Part shown: positions 11,601 to 22,140 of the stretch, in pieces
Position numbering within the stretch: the first letter of the stretch is position 1
How the letters are laid out: every line of letters begins with the position of its first letter
From: Octopus sinensis
Lineage: Eukaryota
NCBI RefSeq assembly: GCF_006345805.1
Contig: NW_021835611.1
Coordinates: 1-26,094 of the forward strand
Length of the DNA stretch: 26,094 nt
Reading direction: 5' to 3'
The notes under the pieces: model-generated
Seen by the model: only the letters and a program-made list of their open reading frames with translations
The model's database searches: none
What the model was told of the DNA's origin: nothing
Position numbers and translations under genes: made by a program

Positions 11601-12411
11601 TTGATTCTACTAATAGTTTTAATCTTCATATACCCTTTTCATTACTAAGCTAACACACATTTCAGTGCGTCAGTTCAAATCTATATTTTCAGGACAATTA
11701 GGGGCAATTTGGTTTTGGTTTGAGCTTTAACAAAAACTGTTTATTCAGCATAGCTCCAGCCTATCTACGTTTATACACTAAGTGTCGTGTAGGTTGATTC
11801 ATAGTTAGAATAAGTGCAATCATGAAAAATAGCACATACCTCTGTTAATGTGTGTTGTAGATCCAAGATATCAATTTTATGCATATCGATTCTTTAATTC
11901 CACGTAATTGATAAGATCACTTATGCTAAATTGGTTTCGATAACCTAGATTATACTCCTATATGATTTACTGCTTTTAATTTAATCCCAACTATGCTTAA
12001 GGAATAAAAGGTCTAAGAAATATTACAGTCTACAAAACTAATGAGAGACTGCAGCCGTAAAAATATATTATCAACAGAAATGGGAAAGTACAATAGATTT
12101 ATCTCAATCTACAGATTTACAAATGAGGTGTGCATTCACTCACGACCGCTTTATAATTTGAAAGATAGTTTGTTCTTAGGTTCCATTTTCTGTTTATTCT
12201 TCAAGAAGAGTTGTGTTATAATAGTTTAGCTCCATATGTGGTTAATAAATTTCATAGACAACGGAAGCAAGTAACGAGTTAATAATTCTAAAAAATTGTT
12301 AGTTTGGTTCTACCTTCGAGCAGGTGTTCAAATGAGTAGATGTTTGTCTATGCATGAAAGTAATGTTGCAACAATTACTCGTGTACTCTGTCAGATTCAG
12401 GAATATTCTTG

Positions 12412-12445
12412 CTTGAGCCTAGATTTTCCTTGAGCCTAGATTTTC
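12412..12445. repeat. Perfect 17-bp tandem duplication
   Basis: CTTGAGCCTAGATTTTC twice, at 12412-12428 and 12429-12445. Confidence 0.95.
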
Positions 12446-12825
12446 CAACTGACTTAGTTTAGTTAAATGCATTGCTTTGGTGTACAATTCGTAGCCATGT
12501 AACTGGCCAAAATGAGTTGCACACACATCTGGAGGAATATTTGATACAGAAATATCAGTGTGTCGTGTTACGTAAAATTGCTTCCATTTCAAGAGAAGTC
12601 TTCATGCGTTTTAACAATTTCATCTGTATTCGCTTTTCACGAATTCCCATCCGAAGTTATTACATTTTAATCGATCCACATAAAATATCTCTCGTTCAAA
12701 TGTTCGAAACCTATCACTGGCTTTGTTCACACATTTCTGAGGAAGGTGGTAAAGGAAAAACCAAAGCAATACGATGTATCTCTCTGTCACCCTCACTCAT
12801 CTCATTTATCTAATGTAGTTTTTTT

Positions 12826-12849
12826 ACCTATCTATCTATCCTCATATAT

Positions 12850-12896
<47 letters not shown>
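12826..12896. repeat. (CTAT)n/(TA)n microsatellite
   Basis: Direct reading. Confidence 0.9.
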
Positions 12897-12898
<2 letters not shown>

Positions 12899-13317
12899 CA
12901 ACTTTAGTTTATTTCAAATATGTTCGCGATATATTTCATCAGGCAATTTTACAGCAGTTTAACGTGGAGAAAGACATATGGTAAAAGGTGTAAATACACA
13001 ATTATCCTATCTTAAGCACACTCTGTGGACCACTAGATGCTCATTTCTTTTTTCTTTCGTTTTTTTGCCTGGTTCGCTAATAGACACTCAAGAGAGGTAA
13101 ACCCTGGACTGATAGAAAGCCTTAGTAAACACTAGTCACTGATTTACGCACGCAGACCATCCGGTTTGATCAAATATATAAATAACAGCACGAAGCAGTG
13201 GTAGAAAACAAACAAATTTTAGATTGGTTCAAATATGCTTTGGACATAGTTCAAATTCTAAAGGCAATTTCGTGTGTGAAAATTAGTTTTTCACCACAGT
13301 AAACGACAGTGAAATTA

Positions 13318-13318
13318 A

Positions 13319-13373
<55 letters not shown>
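13318..13373. repeat. (TA)n microsatellite
   Basis: Direct reading. Confidence 0.95.
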
Positions 13374-13375
<2 letters not shown>

Positions 13376-13729
13376 GGCTGCAAATAGGGGTAATAGAAGC
13401 TCATCACCAAACACCACCGCACAATTGACACTCCAATCAATACATAAGGAAAATGAGTACACGATTATAGAATGAAGAGGTAGGGGAACTACCATTTATA
13501 ACTCTGCAGGGAGAACGGAAAAATATCATCTGTAACTGTAGAAGTAAAAACGAATGCATATTTAACAATAACTGCATGGTAAAGAATGTGGTTTACAAAT
13601 GTGAGGTGAAGGCAGGTACGTAGAAACACGTGTACACTGGTGACACTGGAGACACCATGAAAAATCATCTGCATAACTATCTCACATCATTTTCCCATAT
13701 AAATATGTTTTGATGAGAGACGCGAAGCC

Positions 13730-13955
13730 CCCACGGAAGCATAATGTTCCTTCTTTTGAATCATCGCAAAAGTGTACGAGCATGAGAGAAGCACAGCAAA
13801 ACAAAGACGCACCGCGTGGAAACACGACTATGTTCGACGACGCCGGTCCACATACTGATGCCTGAGAGTTACATCAAGTGGCTTCTAGCGGCGGAATCCT
13901 GAAATATAACGAGCTTGACCCACAGACAACGTTTCCGGTTAAATTTGGGTACCAC

Positions 13956-13959
<4 letters not shown>
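13730..13959 (-). mobile_element. Mariner-type DNA transposon 5' end (TIR, leader and first codons) abutting (TA)n
   Basis: Minus strand reads TA|TGAGGTGGTACCCAAATTTAACCGG (mariner YGAGG... TIR start at a TA site), then CCGCCGCTAG, then ATG ATT CAA AAG AAG GAA CAT TAT GCT TCC GTG (MIQKKEHYASV, like the mariner M....EQRA.+KF start). No partner TIR was found. Confidence 0.55.
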
Positions 13960-14016
<57 letters not shown>

Positions 14017-14036
14017 TATATATGTGTGTGTGTGTC
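13960..14036. repeat. (TA)n(TG)n microsatellite
   Basis: Direct reading. Confidence 0.95.
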
Positions 14037-14585
14037 TGTCTTCTTGGGATGATTACAGTGTAGACCGTAGTATCCGTGGGCATCGGGTTGATCAACTTCG
14101 TGAATTCATTTCTTCGGGCGATATAACATTAATGGACGTTTACCAGGGGGATTTTATCCCCTTTGAGCAGTGCGAAGGTTGATTGAGTTATGTGGGTGTT
14201 TCTGTGGATATTTGGTGGGGAGGACAGGAAGGTGGTGGAAAGAGAGGAATGAATGGCAGATATATGGAGATGAAGGTATGTGTGGTGATGTTGGACTTAT
14301 TTTGTTATTCAATCTGAAGATGACAAGGATGGGTAGTGCATTCCTTTGTTCGGTCTAATTTAAGACATGACTATTTGCAAGTAAACAGATCAGTCGTTAC
14401 AGCCATTACAGGTATTTTGAACAGTCTCATGTGAAACTGGCTGAAACTGTAATGATGATTGGGAGTTTAGCTGATGAAAGAAAGCCACGAATGTTCCGTC
14501 CTGGTTTTTTCCTGTCCGTCTTTGTATTGTGTATCTGTCCGTATGTCTTTATTGTCATCCGTTACGTTCTTATTCTGCTTTTTGG

Positions 14586-14685
14586 ATATATATATATATA
14601 TATACATACGTACATTCGTACATACATATATATGAGTGCTGTGCAATCGTTGTGAATAATAATGTCGTGAATTTCATTTTCTTTC

Positions 14686-14730
<45 letters not shown>

Positions 14731-14815
14731 AGAGAGAGAGAGAGAGAGAGAGAGACATTACATGCATACATAAATACGTATACATATATGCACACATATA
14801 TGATTTTTTGCACGA
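14586..14815. repeat. Compound (TA)n, (TACA)n and (GA)n microsatellites
   Basis: Direct reading; (TA)n then (GA)n at about 14691-14754. Confidence 0.9.
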
Positions 14816-15181
14816 AGTGTAGACTTCGAAGATCTAAGACAGCATTTGCATTGCGTAAGCTAAACAAATGTAATCTCTAGCCTAATTATATTATGTATTC
14901 AAGTCCTGGATATGATTTCATCAGTAAGCAAATTCAGCATAAGACTTTTTCTATAACCAAATCATGTTGACGGAAATTATACAGAACATCGTCTGGCGAA
15001 TGGATTGTACATGTAACATGAAATTACAGTTTTGTCACAAACTATATCATGCTGAGTACGAATGAAAATTACGTCAGGAGTACGCGTGAGTGAAAAGCCC
15101 AGATATTTGCACACTATTTCAATGACCAGATAATTCAGTTAAACCTCCTCGTTGAAAACAAAGAATATGCATTCTCTTTCA

Positions 15182-15212
<31 letters not shown>

Positions 15213-15319
15213 AACATATTGTATATACACACATATACATTTATATGTATGTATATATGTATGAATGTATTTGTGTGTGTAGAGTCAATAATTTAGTACG
15301 AAAAGTATGAAAACTTGAA

Positions 15320-15435
15320 CTCCAAGACAGAATACTTACCGAGTACAAGCCCAATAGCAGTAAGGAAACTTGTAATTGTAAAGTATCACAACTATCGGTT
15401 AAAGGGGCATTGCTCGCGCCATAATGTATTTACAT
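15320..15435 (+). mobile_element. Possible Penelope-like linker/Cys-rich remnant that normally precedes GIY-YIG
   Basis: QDRILTEYKPNSSKETCNCKVSQ[frameshift]YRLKGHCSRHNVF resembles the PLE 'HN..IL......CNC.....CPL.G.CL...V+Y' motif. Confidence 0.45.
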
Positions 15436-16132
15436 GAGTGTCTGATCAAAATTCTATCTTCCCACCAGCCTAGGGTCATCATAGCGGTATGATCAACTTC
15501 AAACGGCGCTGCCTTGCTCACCTGAGCTCCTTCTCAAACAGGACCTTTAGCCAATTTACTTTTCATGCTATCTATGTAAGCCACCTCATGACCCATTGCT
15601 CACTTTATACCTTATATGGTCTAGTTTGTGGCGGAACTCCCTACAACGCAACACTTGTTTGTGAATTATTTCGCCGGTAATCGCTCATAGCATTATCTCT
15701 CATTACTTGAATCTCCTACCGCTCCTACTTTTTACCTCAAAGTCTGTTTTTCCCCAACTCTATGTCTATTGCTTCTAATATTCTAAACCGTTTTATTGAC
15801 TGAGAACGAATAATTTACCTCCCATCTCACCCCCACCCGCTACGTTAAGTGACCGCTGTTTATTCGATCAGTCATTAAGTTTATCTTTTTATAACTGATC
15901 ATTGTCAAGCAATATCTTCCTCTCGTCTCACCTCTTAACTTCTCCCCCCATATCAATATTTCTTTCCTCTTCCTCCATCCTCTGTCCCTCTCGCTTCTGT
16001 TTAAACCTTTATATTTGAAACACTAGACGACACGCATTTGCCATTGTCCTCTTGAAAATTGAGGATGAACTTATTTTAACAATTTCATTTGGACTTGTCA
16101 CCTAAGTTTGGTCACCTGCATTTCTGCTCCAT

Positions 16133-16158
16133 GTATATATATATATATTATATATATA

Positions 16159-16204
<46 letters not shown>

Positions 16205-16235
16205 GCATGTTCATGTGCGTGTGTACGTATGTATA
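16133..16235. repeat. (TA)n microsatellite
   Basis: Direct reading. Confidence 0.95.
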
Positions 16236-17099
16236 TAGGTAGATATAACACCTTAAAACCCGGTTCTGCATATCATCGAGTTAGAGGCCCTTTACATGTT
16301 TTTGTTTGTATTTTTAATGCTGTAATCCTACACTTTTTCTTTAATTGTTTTTGGTAGCTATTTTTTTTTTGCTTCCAATATTACTGCATCAATCGTATTA
16401 GCATCGATCATACATTACTTTACTGGTCCACCAGGTGTAATTGACGATTCCGTTGTTTGATCGTTATCTGAATCTTGATTGTGTGCAGATCTATTTTTTG
16501 TTAAGTGCTGTTTGAGTATATATAATTTTATCTGCTCTCTTTCGACATGTATGAAACACTTCTATGTTTATCACTCTGATCTGAGAATAAGATTGATGGT
16601 AGATATATATAGCATTTTTCTATTTCCTCATAACTATGCACTACACACTTTATCACTGTTCTCTCCCTCTCTCTTTTTCTATCTGTCTATTTCCCTATCA
16701 TCTCTCCTTCATTCCAATTGTGCTTTTGTATACAAGACTCGAAAACTATTTTCTCGGGCACAAATCTCTTCTTTCTATCATTCAACCTTTTCTTTACATT
16801 ATTTACTCTATACTGATTTTAAAAAAAATAATATTGTTATCTTTGTTGTTAGAACTATAGATTAGCATTGTTCTTACAGTGTCGGATTAATCATGAGAAT
16901 GTGTTCCAAAGTGCCCTACAGAAACTGGGTTCAAATTCAGGTGGATATAACTTCAGTCTTTCTATTCTTGTGATTGAATAAACTCAGCTTTCTCGTCTTG
17001 TACTTAATAAGAAAAGGTTTTTATTATTGTTACTTTTGTCATTTTACTTCTCAGAGCTCTCCTCTTTATTTGTTCCGGTTAATTCAATGGTCAAACAGA

Positions 17100-17673
17100 G
17101 TTGCTTACGACTATACTGATGATACAAGTACCAATCTCATAAATCCTCGTTATCCCCAATAAAGCAGTTTTTTTAGTAAGATCTACCCTGATGTCAATTC
17201 CAATTTCTCAAACTTGATTATTAATGCTCCTGCTGGGATGGCAGTTGTTACTTTCTTCATTGCCCACATACGTGCAATCTCATTTTTAAGTGGCTTCTAC
17301 TTCTCAACCTTTTTCAGTTTTATCATACGGTCGTACATCCCCTGGTGTCCACTACAAGAACCTCCGGTCTCCGGGCGTCAACCATTTAATCGTACTGGCT
17401 CGTAAGATCCCACAGGATCTTGATCGCACCATTTCAATGTCCTTTCGAGACTGTGCTTCACACACAATCTCCAATGAACACATTTAGTTATCTTTTGTAT
17501 TCCTACTGTGCCAATTTGCTACACTAACTCACAATACATGAGACTGTTTATTTTTTTGGTCAGACGTCCTACAAAGGAGCGATTCACTGCTCTTGTTATT
17601 TCAAACTTCGTGTAATTGTTCCTGAGCACTGCATATCAATGCCTCTGTGCGTCATTCAGATCACTTTCCCTTT
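17100..17673 (-). mobile_element. R4/Dong-like LINE C-terminal fragment 2 (distinct subfamily, heavily decayed)
   Basis: Frameshifted translation TEALICSAQEQ...KILWDL...MVDARRPEVLVVD...KVEK*KPLKNEIARMWAMKKVT..GAL...IGIDIRVD..KKTALLG covers the zinc-knuckle to RLE region. Confidence 0.8.
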
Positions 17674-17702
17674 ACTACTAACTACTACTACTACTACTAC
17701 TA

Positions 17703-17759
<57 letters not shown>
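17674..17759. repeat. (ACT)n microsatellite, i.e. (TAG)n on the minus strand
   Basis: Direct reading. Confidence 0.97.
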
Positions 17760-17779
17760 AAGCGGTAAGCTAGCAGAAT
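17758..17779 (+). mobile_element. ~22-bp 5' stub of the 6211 SINE family
   Basis: TAAAGCGGTAAGCTAGCAGAA versus TAAGGCAGCGAGCTGGCAGAA at 6210. Confidence 0.5.
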
Positions 17780-17964
17780 CCACAGTATTGAAGCGGTTCC
17801 AAGCAGTGCTGTTTTCTGCAAGAGCTTCAGCCTTATTGCAGCCCCAATTTGTTCCATGTATTTCTCAAGATTTTTCTCACTGTTCCCAGCGCTCCGACAG
17901 TTATTGGTACTACCACCACCTTTTTCCTCGACCACAACTGCTTAACCTCCCAATCTAACCTGTC
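17778..17964 (-). mobile_element. R4/Dong-like LINE C-terminal fragment 3 (same subfamily as 19767-20587)
   Basis: WEVKQLWSRKKVVVVPITVGALGTV[fs]KNLEKYMEQIGAAIRLKLLQKTALLGTA; roughly 84% identical by eye to 20309-20495. Confidence 0.88.
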
Positions 17965-18019
17965 AAGAGCAACAAAGACGACGGCAGCAACAAAAGCAAC
18001 AACAACAATGACAAAAGCA

Positions 18020-18172
18020 ATGAAAGAGCTGATACACAAACTAGTGCAACGGCTTGGATTAGCTCTTTTAAATTTTCCTTCGCTGGAGAAGTCAAATCAA
18101 CCCTTCAGAGAATACAATTCTCTGAAGAGGACTTAAAAGTGTTAGCCAGCTAGTCGAGAGAGACGGAATAGT
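18020..18172 (+). mobile_element. Possible Penelope-like 3' terminal remnant with decayed hammerhead core
   Basis: KELIHKL resembles the PLE C-terminal E.LI.KL motif and is followed by CTGAAGA GGAC TTAAAA GT / GTTAGC CA GCTA GTC. The GAAAC word is missing. Confidence 0.35.
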
Positions 18173-18519
18173 TGTAAAGTTAAATGCTCCCGCTGAGACA
18201 ACCCAGGATACGATGCGCTGCACAGCGACGTACCGTACAATCGGTTTAAAAATCAAGGAGGGTGGAAAGAGCTGCAGAGGCTCAGATACAAAAAGCTTTA
18301 GGTTCCATCTGGAATCTAAAGGAATATATATGAAGATGAAGGACCTATGGAATGGTGGACGTTCAGTTCCGCACCGAGTAATAAGCCAAACATCACTCTC
18401 TCTGAGTCCCCTCAAAATTGAGGAGCTGCTGTTAGTCCTTTTCTCTGCGGTCAGAAACTGGCCAAAAACATAATTGAACAGGTGCCGCTTTACAACTGAC
18501 CATTTAAAAGCCTTCGGCG

Positions 18520-19165
18520 GTGGGAGAGAGCAGATGCACGTAACATGGAACGTTCTCTGTCAAGAGCGGTGTGGATATATCCATGTAGGATGAAGTGGCG
18601 AGCCATGAGTTGAGCCTCAGTCTCAAAGTCATGGTCGTCAGTACAGAGCCTGCGTAGACGGAGGAATTGGGAATAGGGGATGGAAAGCTTGGTGTGTTTA
18701 GGGTGGGAGGAGAAGTTGAGGTATGAGTGTGAGTCTGTGTGTTTGTAGTGGAGGGAGGTGGTGAGAGTGGAGTGATGAATGCTGACCGAAATGTCAAGAA
18801 AGGAGACAGAGGTGTCAGAGATAGTGCAGGAGAAGTGGAGGGCAGGATGGAAAGATTTGATAAAAGAAAGGAAGGAGTCTAATATTCGCGGGAGAGTGAG
18901 GTCGCACTGATACAGTCGTCAATATAACAGCTGTATAGCTCGGTAGGGGAGCAGTGAAACTTGAGAATATTTGGGCCTCAACGTAGCCAACGAAGAGGTT
19001 CGCATAGTTGGGGCCCATTCTCGTTCCCATGGCCACTCCCGAAGGAGTGTCTTGAAGTTGGCGGAGAGCTTCCGCCTAGTAGAGGTTCGCGCGCCACACC
19101 ACCACGGCTCCACCCTTGTCGGCCGGTTTTATGATAATGTCAGTGCGGCGTCGGAGACAGTTGCA
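18520..19165 (-). mobile_element. Penelope-like element reverse transcriptase, internally deleted and frameshifted
   Basis: DIIIKPADKGGAVVVWRANLY*AEALRQLQDTP joined directly to SGVAMGTRMGPNYANLFVGYVE. YIDD at 18926-18915, then SFLDISV...YK.TDSHSYL...SHP.HTK.SIPYSQFLRLRRLC, all diagnostic PLE RT motifs. Confidence 0.9.
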
Positions 19166-19251
19166 AAAAAAAGATAAAATAAAGTAAGAACGTGCCACAC
19201 TTAATGCATTAAGGTATGTAGTTACGGTCCCTCACATTTTAATTTCAGATA

Positions 19252-19375
19252 CTGCTGAGGTCAGGTTTACCTTGAGCCATTCCATCATTGATAAAATAAA
19301 TATTTCTCATGTGAACAGGTTAATTTAATCGACAATTATTTCTCCCAATATGTGTGGCCTTATACTTATGTTACA
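19252..19375 (+). mobile_element. Highly degraded SINE 3' half
   Basis: CTGCTGAGGTCAGGTTTACCTT...GATAAAATAA...AATCGAC...TGGCCTTAT aligns loosely with 6296-6410. Confidence 0.4.
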
Positions 19376-19697
19376 AGTCGTTATTATAATTGCGGTTACT
19401 GTTATTGCTCATCGAATCAGTCAAACGTGTCGAGCGGAGTTATATGAATACTCGAAAATTATTTTATTCCATTAAACATAAGTCACTTTTTATAATCTCA
19501 TTGCATTTTCAACACATTAAGTAACTGAAGAGGAACATTTTTGTGGAATATCTTTTCCTCTGGGAAACGTTATTCGAAATTTCATTTGTAGCTTGCTGTT
19601 AAATTAAACGATGTTCCTATTTTTCAAACAGCTGTGCAAGTGTATTAGAAAATTCTGTCAATGAGAATAACTACCCCACTGTATTTGAAGATTGTAC

Positions 19698-19699
<2 letters not shown>

Positions 19700-19750
<51 letters not shown>

Positions 19751-19766
19751 TGATAATAATAATAAT
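19700..19766. repeat. (TAA)n microsatellite
   Basis: Direct reading. Confidence 0.97.
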
Positions 19767-20587
19767 CCATCCAAAAAGTGACACAGACAGACTATATTAC
19801 CAAGAAAAAGAGGGGGAAGAGGACTGATTGGATGCGAACACAGCATTAGAGCACAAGAAGGCTCTAATGCTGTGCTTTCCAAGAGCAAGCACTAAGAACG
19901 AATTACATAAAATACATAATAGACAACACATCACAAAGATAAGTGCAGAATTTGTGGACAAAATGGTGAAACCGTATAGCATATTACCAGTCAATGTACG
20001 CCACTAGCCTGGAAAGAATAAAAGAGTCGTCATCACGATATAGCAAGAATTGTCCACTGGATACTTTGTAACAATTATGGACTTGACAGAGCAAAAGGTG
20101 GTACCAACATAAACCCGAAGCCATCATCAAAAATAATATTGCAATGATCCTATGGAATTTTATGATTCAGTGAGACTATGTGATAGAAAATAGAAAACCA
20201 GACATAGTATTAATTGAGAAAGAAAGCAAATGCTGCTGAATCATAGATATAGCATTCCCAGTTGACAACAAGGTATGCGATAAGGAAAAAAGAAAAGTCG
20301 ATAGATATGACATGTTAGCTTGGGAGGTTAAGCAGTTGTGATCGCTGAAAAAGGAAGTAGTAGTACAAAAAATTATCGGAGCCCCGCGAACGGTGAGTAA
20401 AAATCTTGAGAAGTACATGGAACAAATAGGGGCTACAATAAGGGTGGAGGACTTGCAGAAACAGCACTGCTTGGAACCACTTGAATCCTCCGGATGGTGC
20501 CCGATAAATAAGGGTGCTACCTTAGTTCACTTATTGTGAATAGCTGGTACCGTAGTACATCTCCAGCGTTAGAAGCTGTGCAAAGAC
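19767..20587 (+). mobile_element. R4/Dong-like LINE fragment 4: RT-thumb piece, CCHC zinc knuckle, RLE domain and 3' UTR
   Basis: HPKSDTDRLY[fs]..GGRGLIGCEHSIRA, a probable deletion near 19860, then QEQALRTNYIKY, CRICGQNGETV*HITSQC (19944-19997), RKPDIV (20192-20209), IIDIAFP, KVDRYDMLAWEVKQL. The 3' UTR runs into (AAT)n. Confidence 0.92.
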
Positions 20588-20610
20588 AATAAATAATAAT
20601 AATAATAATA

Positions 20611-20641
<31 letters not shown>

Positions 20642-20652
20642 AATAATAATAA
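20588..20652. repeat. (TAA)n microsatellite
   Basis: Direct reading. Confidence 0.97.
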
Positions 20653-20866
20653 GTATGGATATGAGGTTACGGGTGCTTAGTACCAACATACACTGGAAAA
20701 GGTAAGGGACGAAAAGGGAAAGGCAAAAATCCTCAGGAATTTTGATTTCCAGACAGACAAGGTGTTGGAGCACCGAAGGCCGGATATAGTAACTTCTAGG
20801 AGGGTCAAGCAAGATTGCCTAATAATTGACGTGACAGTTACAGGAGATCAACATATTACCATGAAG
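20651..20866 (+). mobile_element. R4/Dong-like LINE fragment 5 (another subfamily), N-terminal half of RLE
   Basis: KYGYEVTGA*YQHTLEKVRDEKGKAKILRNFDFQTDKVLEHRRPDIVTSRRVKQDCLIIDVTVTGDQHITMK. Confidence 0.85.
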
Positions 20867-21642
20867 TCCCGGTCGCAAAGCTTACGGGGTAAAACTTTCA
20901 AGTACCAGTCGTAGAACGCATTAAAGAGGGTGATAGAATATAATTCAGAAGGAGAGAAATTTTTACAGAAAAAAAAAACACTGAGTGAGTACTACTAAAT
21001 AAATTAGAAGAGGCTATTGTGACAAACAACTAAATCGCCGCGCTATCGACGAACATAGCATGCGTCTATTTCTTTAACGTGAAACTCGAAGATTGCCCTG
21101 TCAGTGTTAAGGCCTGGGTGGCAGAGGTACGACATGACAATGCAGTCTCATTTCTATATTTAGACAATCAAGACCAGCACGAGTTATTTTATTCCATGCA
21201 GATATGGGTAATTTTTACCGGAATTTTGTCAGGAAGTTCGAAGCAGACGATGAGACCGGAGACAGTAGTGGAATTTACTACACATTATTAAAGAAGAGAT
21301 ATATAATTTATTGCTTTTTATTTAGAAATCTATTATTCGAATGTCTCAACATATTTAATTCTATGCTATATTGGTAGGTATATGACTACGGAATAAAATG
21401 ATTATAATAAAGTATTTTGGTTCAATGTAATTTAGTGAGTCTTTTCTTGTATGTCTCTTACTAGTTGACTTTAGGTCATGCGTTTTTGGCAAAAGATTCG
21501 AAATACGCAAATGATTTATAATAGCCAAAATGATTGCTCAAAGAGAAAATAATAGAAATATATTTTTATAGACATAGTGTCTTATAATTCTGCCCGATAT
21601 TCGAATCGAAAACATGTTTATAACCTCCCTCTTTTCTCCTTC

Positions 21643-21859
21643 ACACACACACACTATTTCCTTCATATGTACATACATACGTGCGTACATACATACATAC
21701 ATACATACATACATACATACTACATACATACATACTACATACATACATACATACATAATACATACATACATACATACATATGCACATATACATAACATTC
21801 TCACATATCCACACGGAGATAAAATATATACATATAAATATATACATATCTATATCCAT

Positions 21860-21890
<31 letters not shown>

Positions 21891-21893
21891 CAT

Positions 21894-21928
<35 letters not shown>

Positions 21929-22063
21929 CATACACACACACATATATATATACATATATACATATATATACATAAATACATATATATATACATATATACA
22001 GATATATACATATATACATACATATATACAGATATATACATATATACATAAATACATATATAT

Positions 22064-22126
<63 letters not shown>

Positions 22127-22134
22127 ATTATATA
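21643..22134. repeat. Long compound (CA)n/(TACA)n/(TA)n microsatellite
   Basis: Direct reading; explains the ORFs between 21538 and 22139. Confidence 0.97.
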
Positions 22135-22140
22135 AGTAAG

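Noticed and set aside
16420-16570. 48-codon minus-strand open stretch KCFIHVEREQIKLYILKQHLTKNRSAHNQDSDNDQTTESSITPGGP
   Set aside because: The acceptor lacks a pyrimidine tract, and the length is within chance expectation.
18175-18515. GC-richer segment between the hammerhead-like motif and the PLE RT, with ORFs on both strands
   Set aside because: I could not assign any motif, including GIY-YIG, so it is left unannotated.
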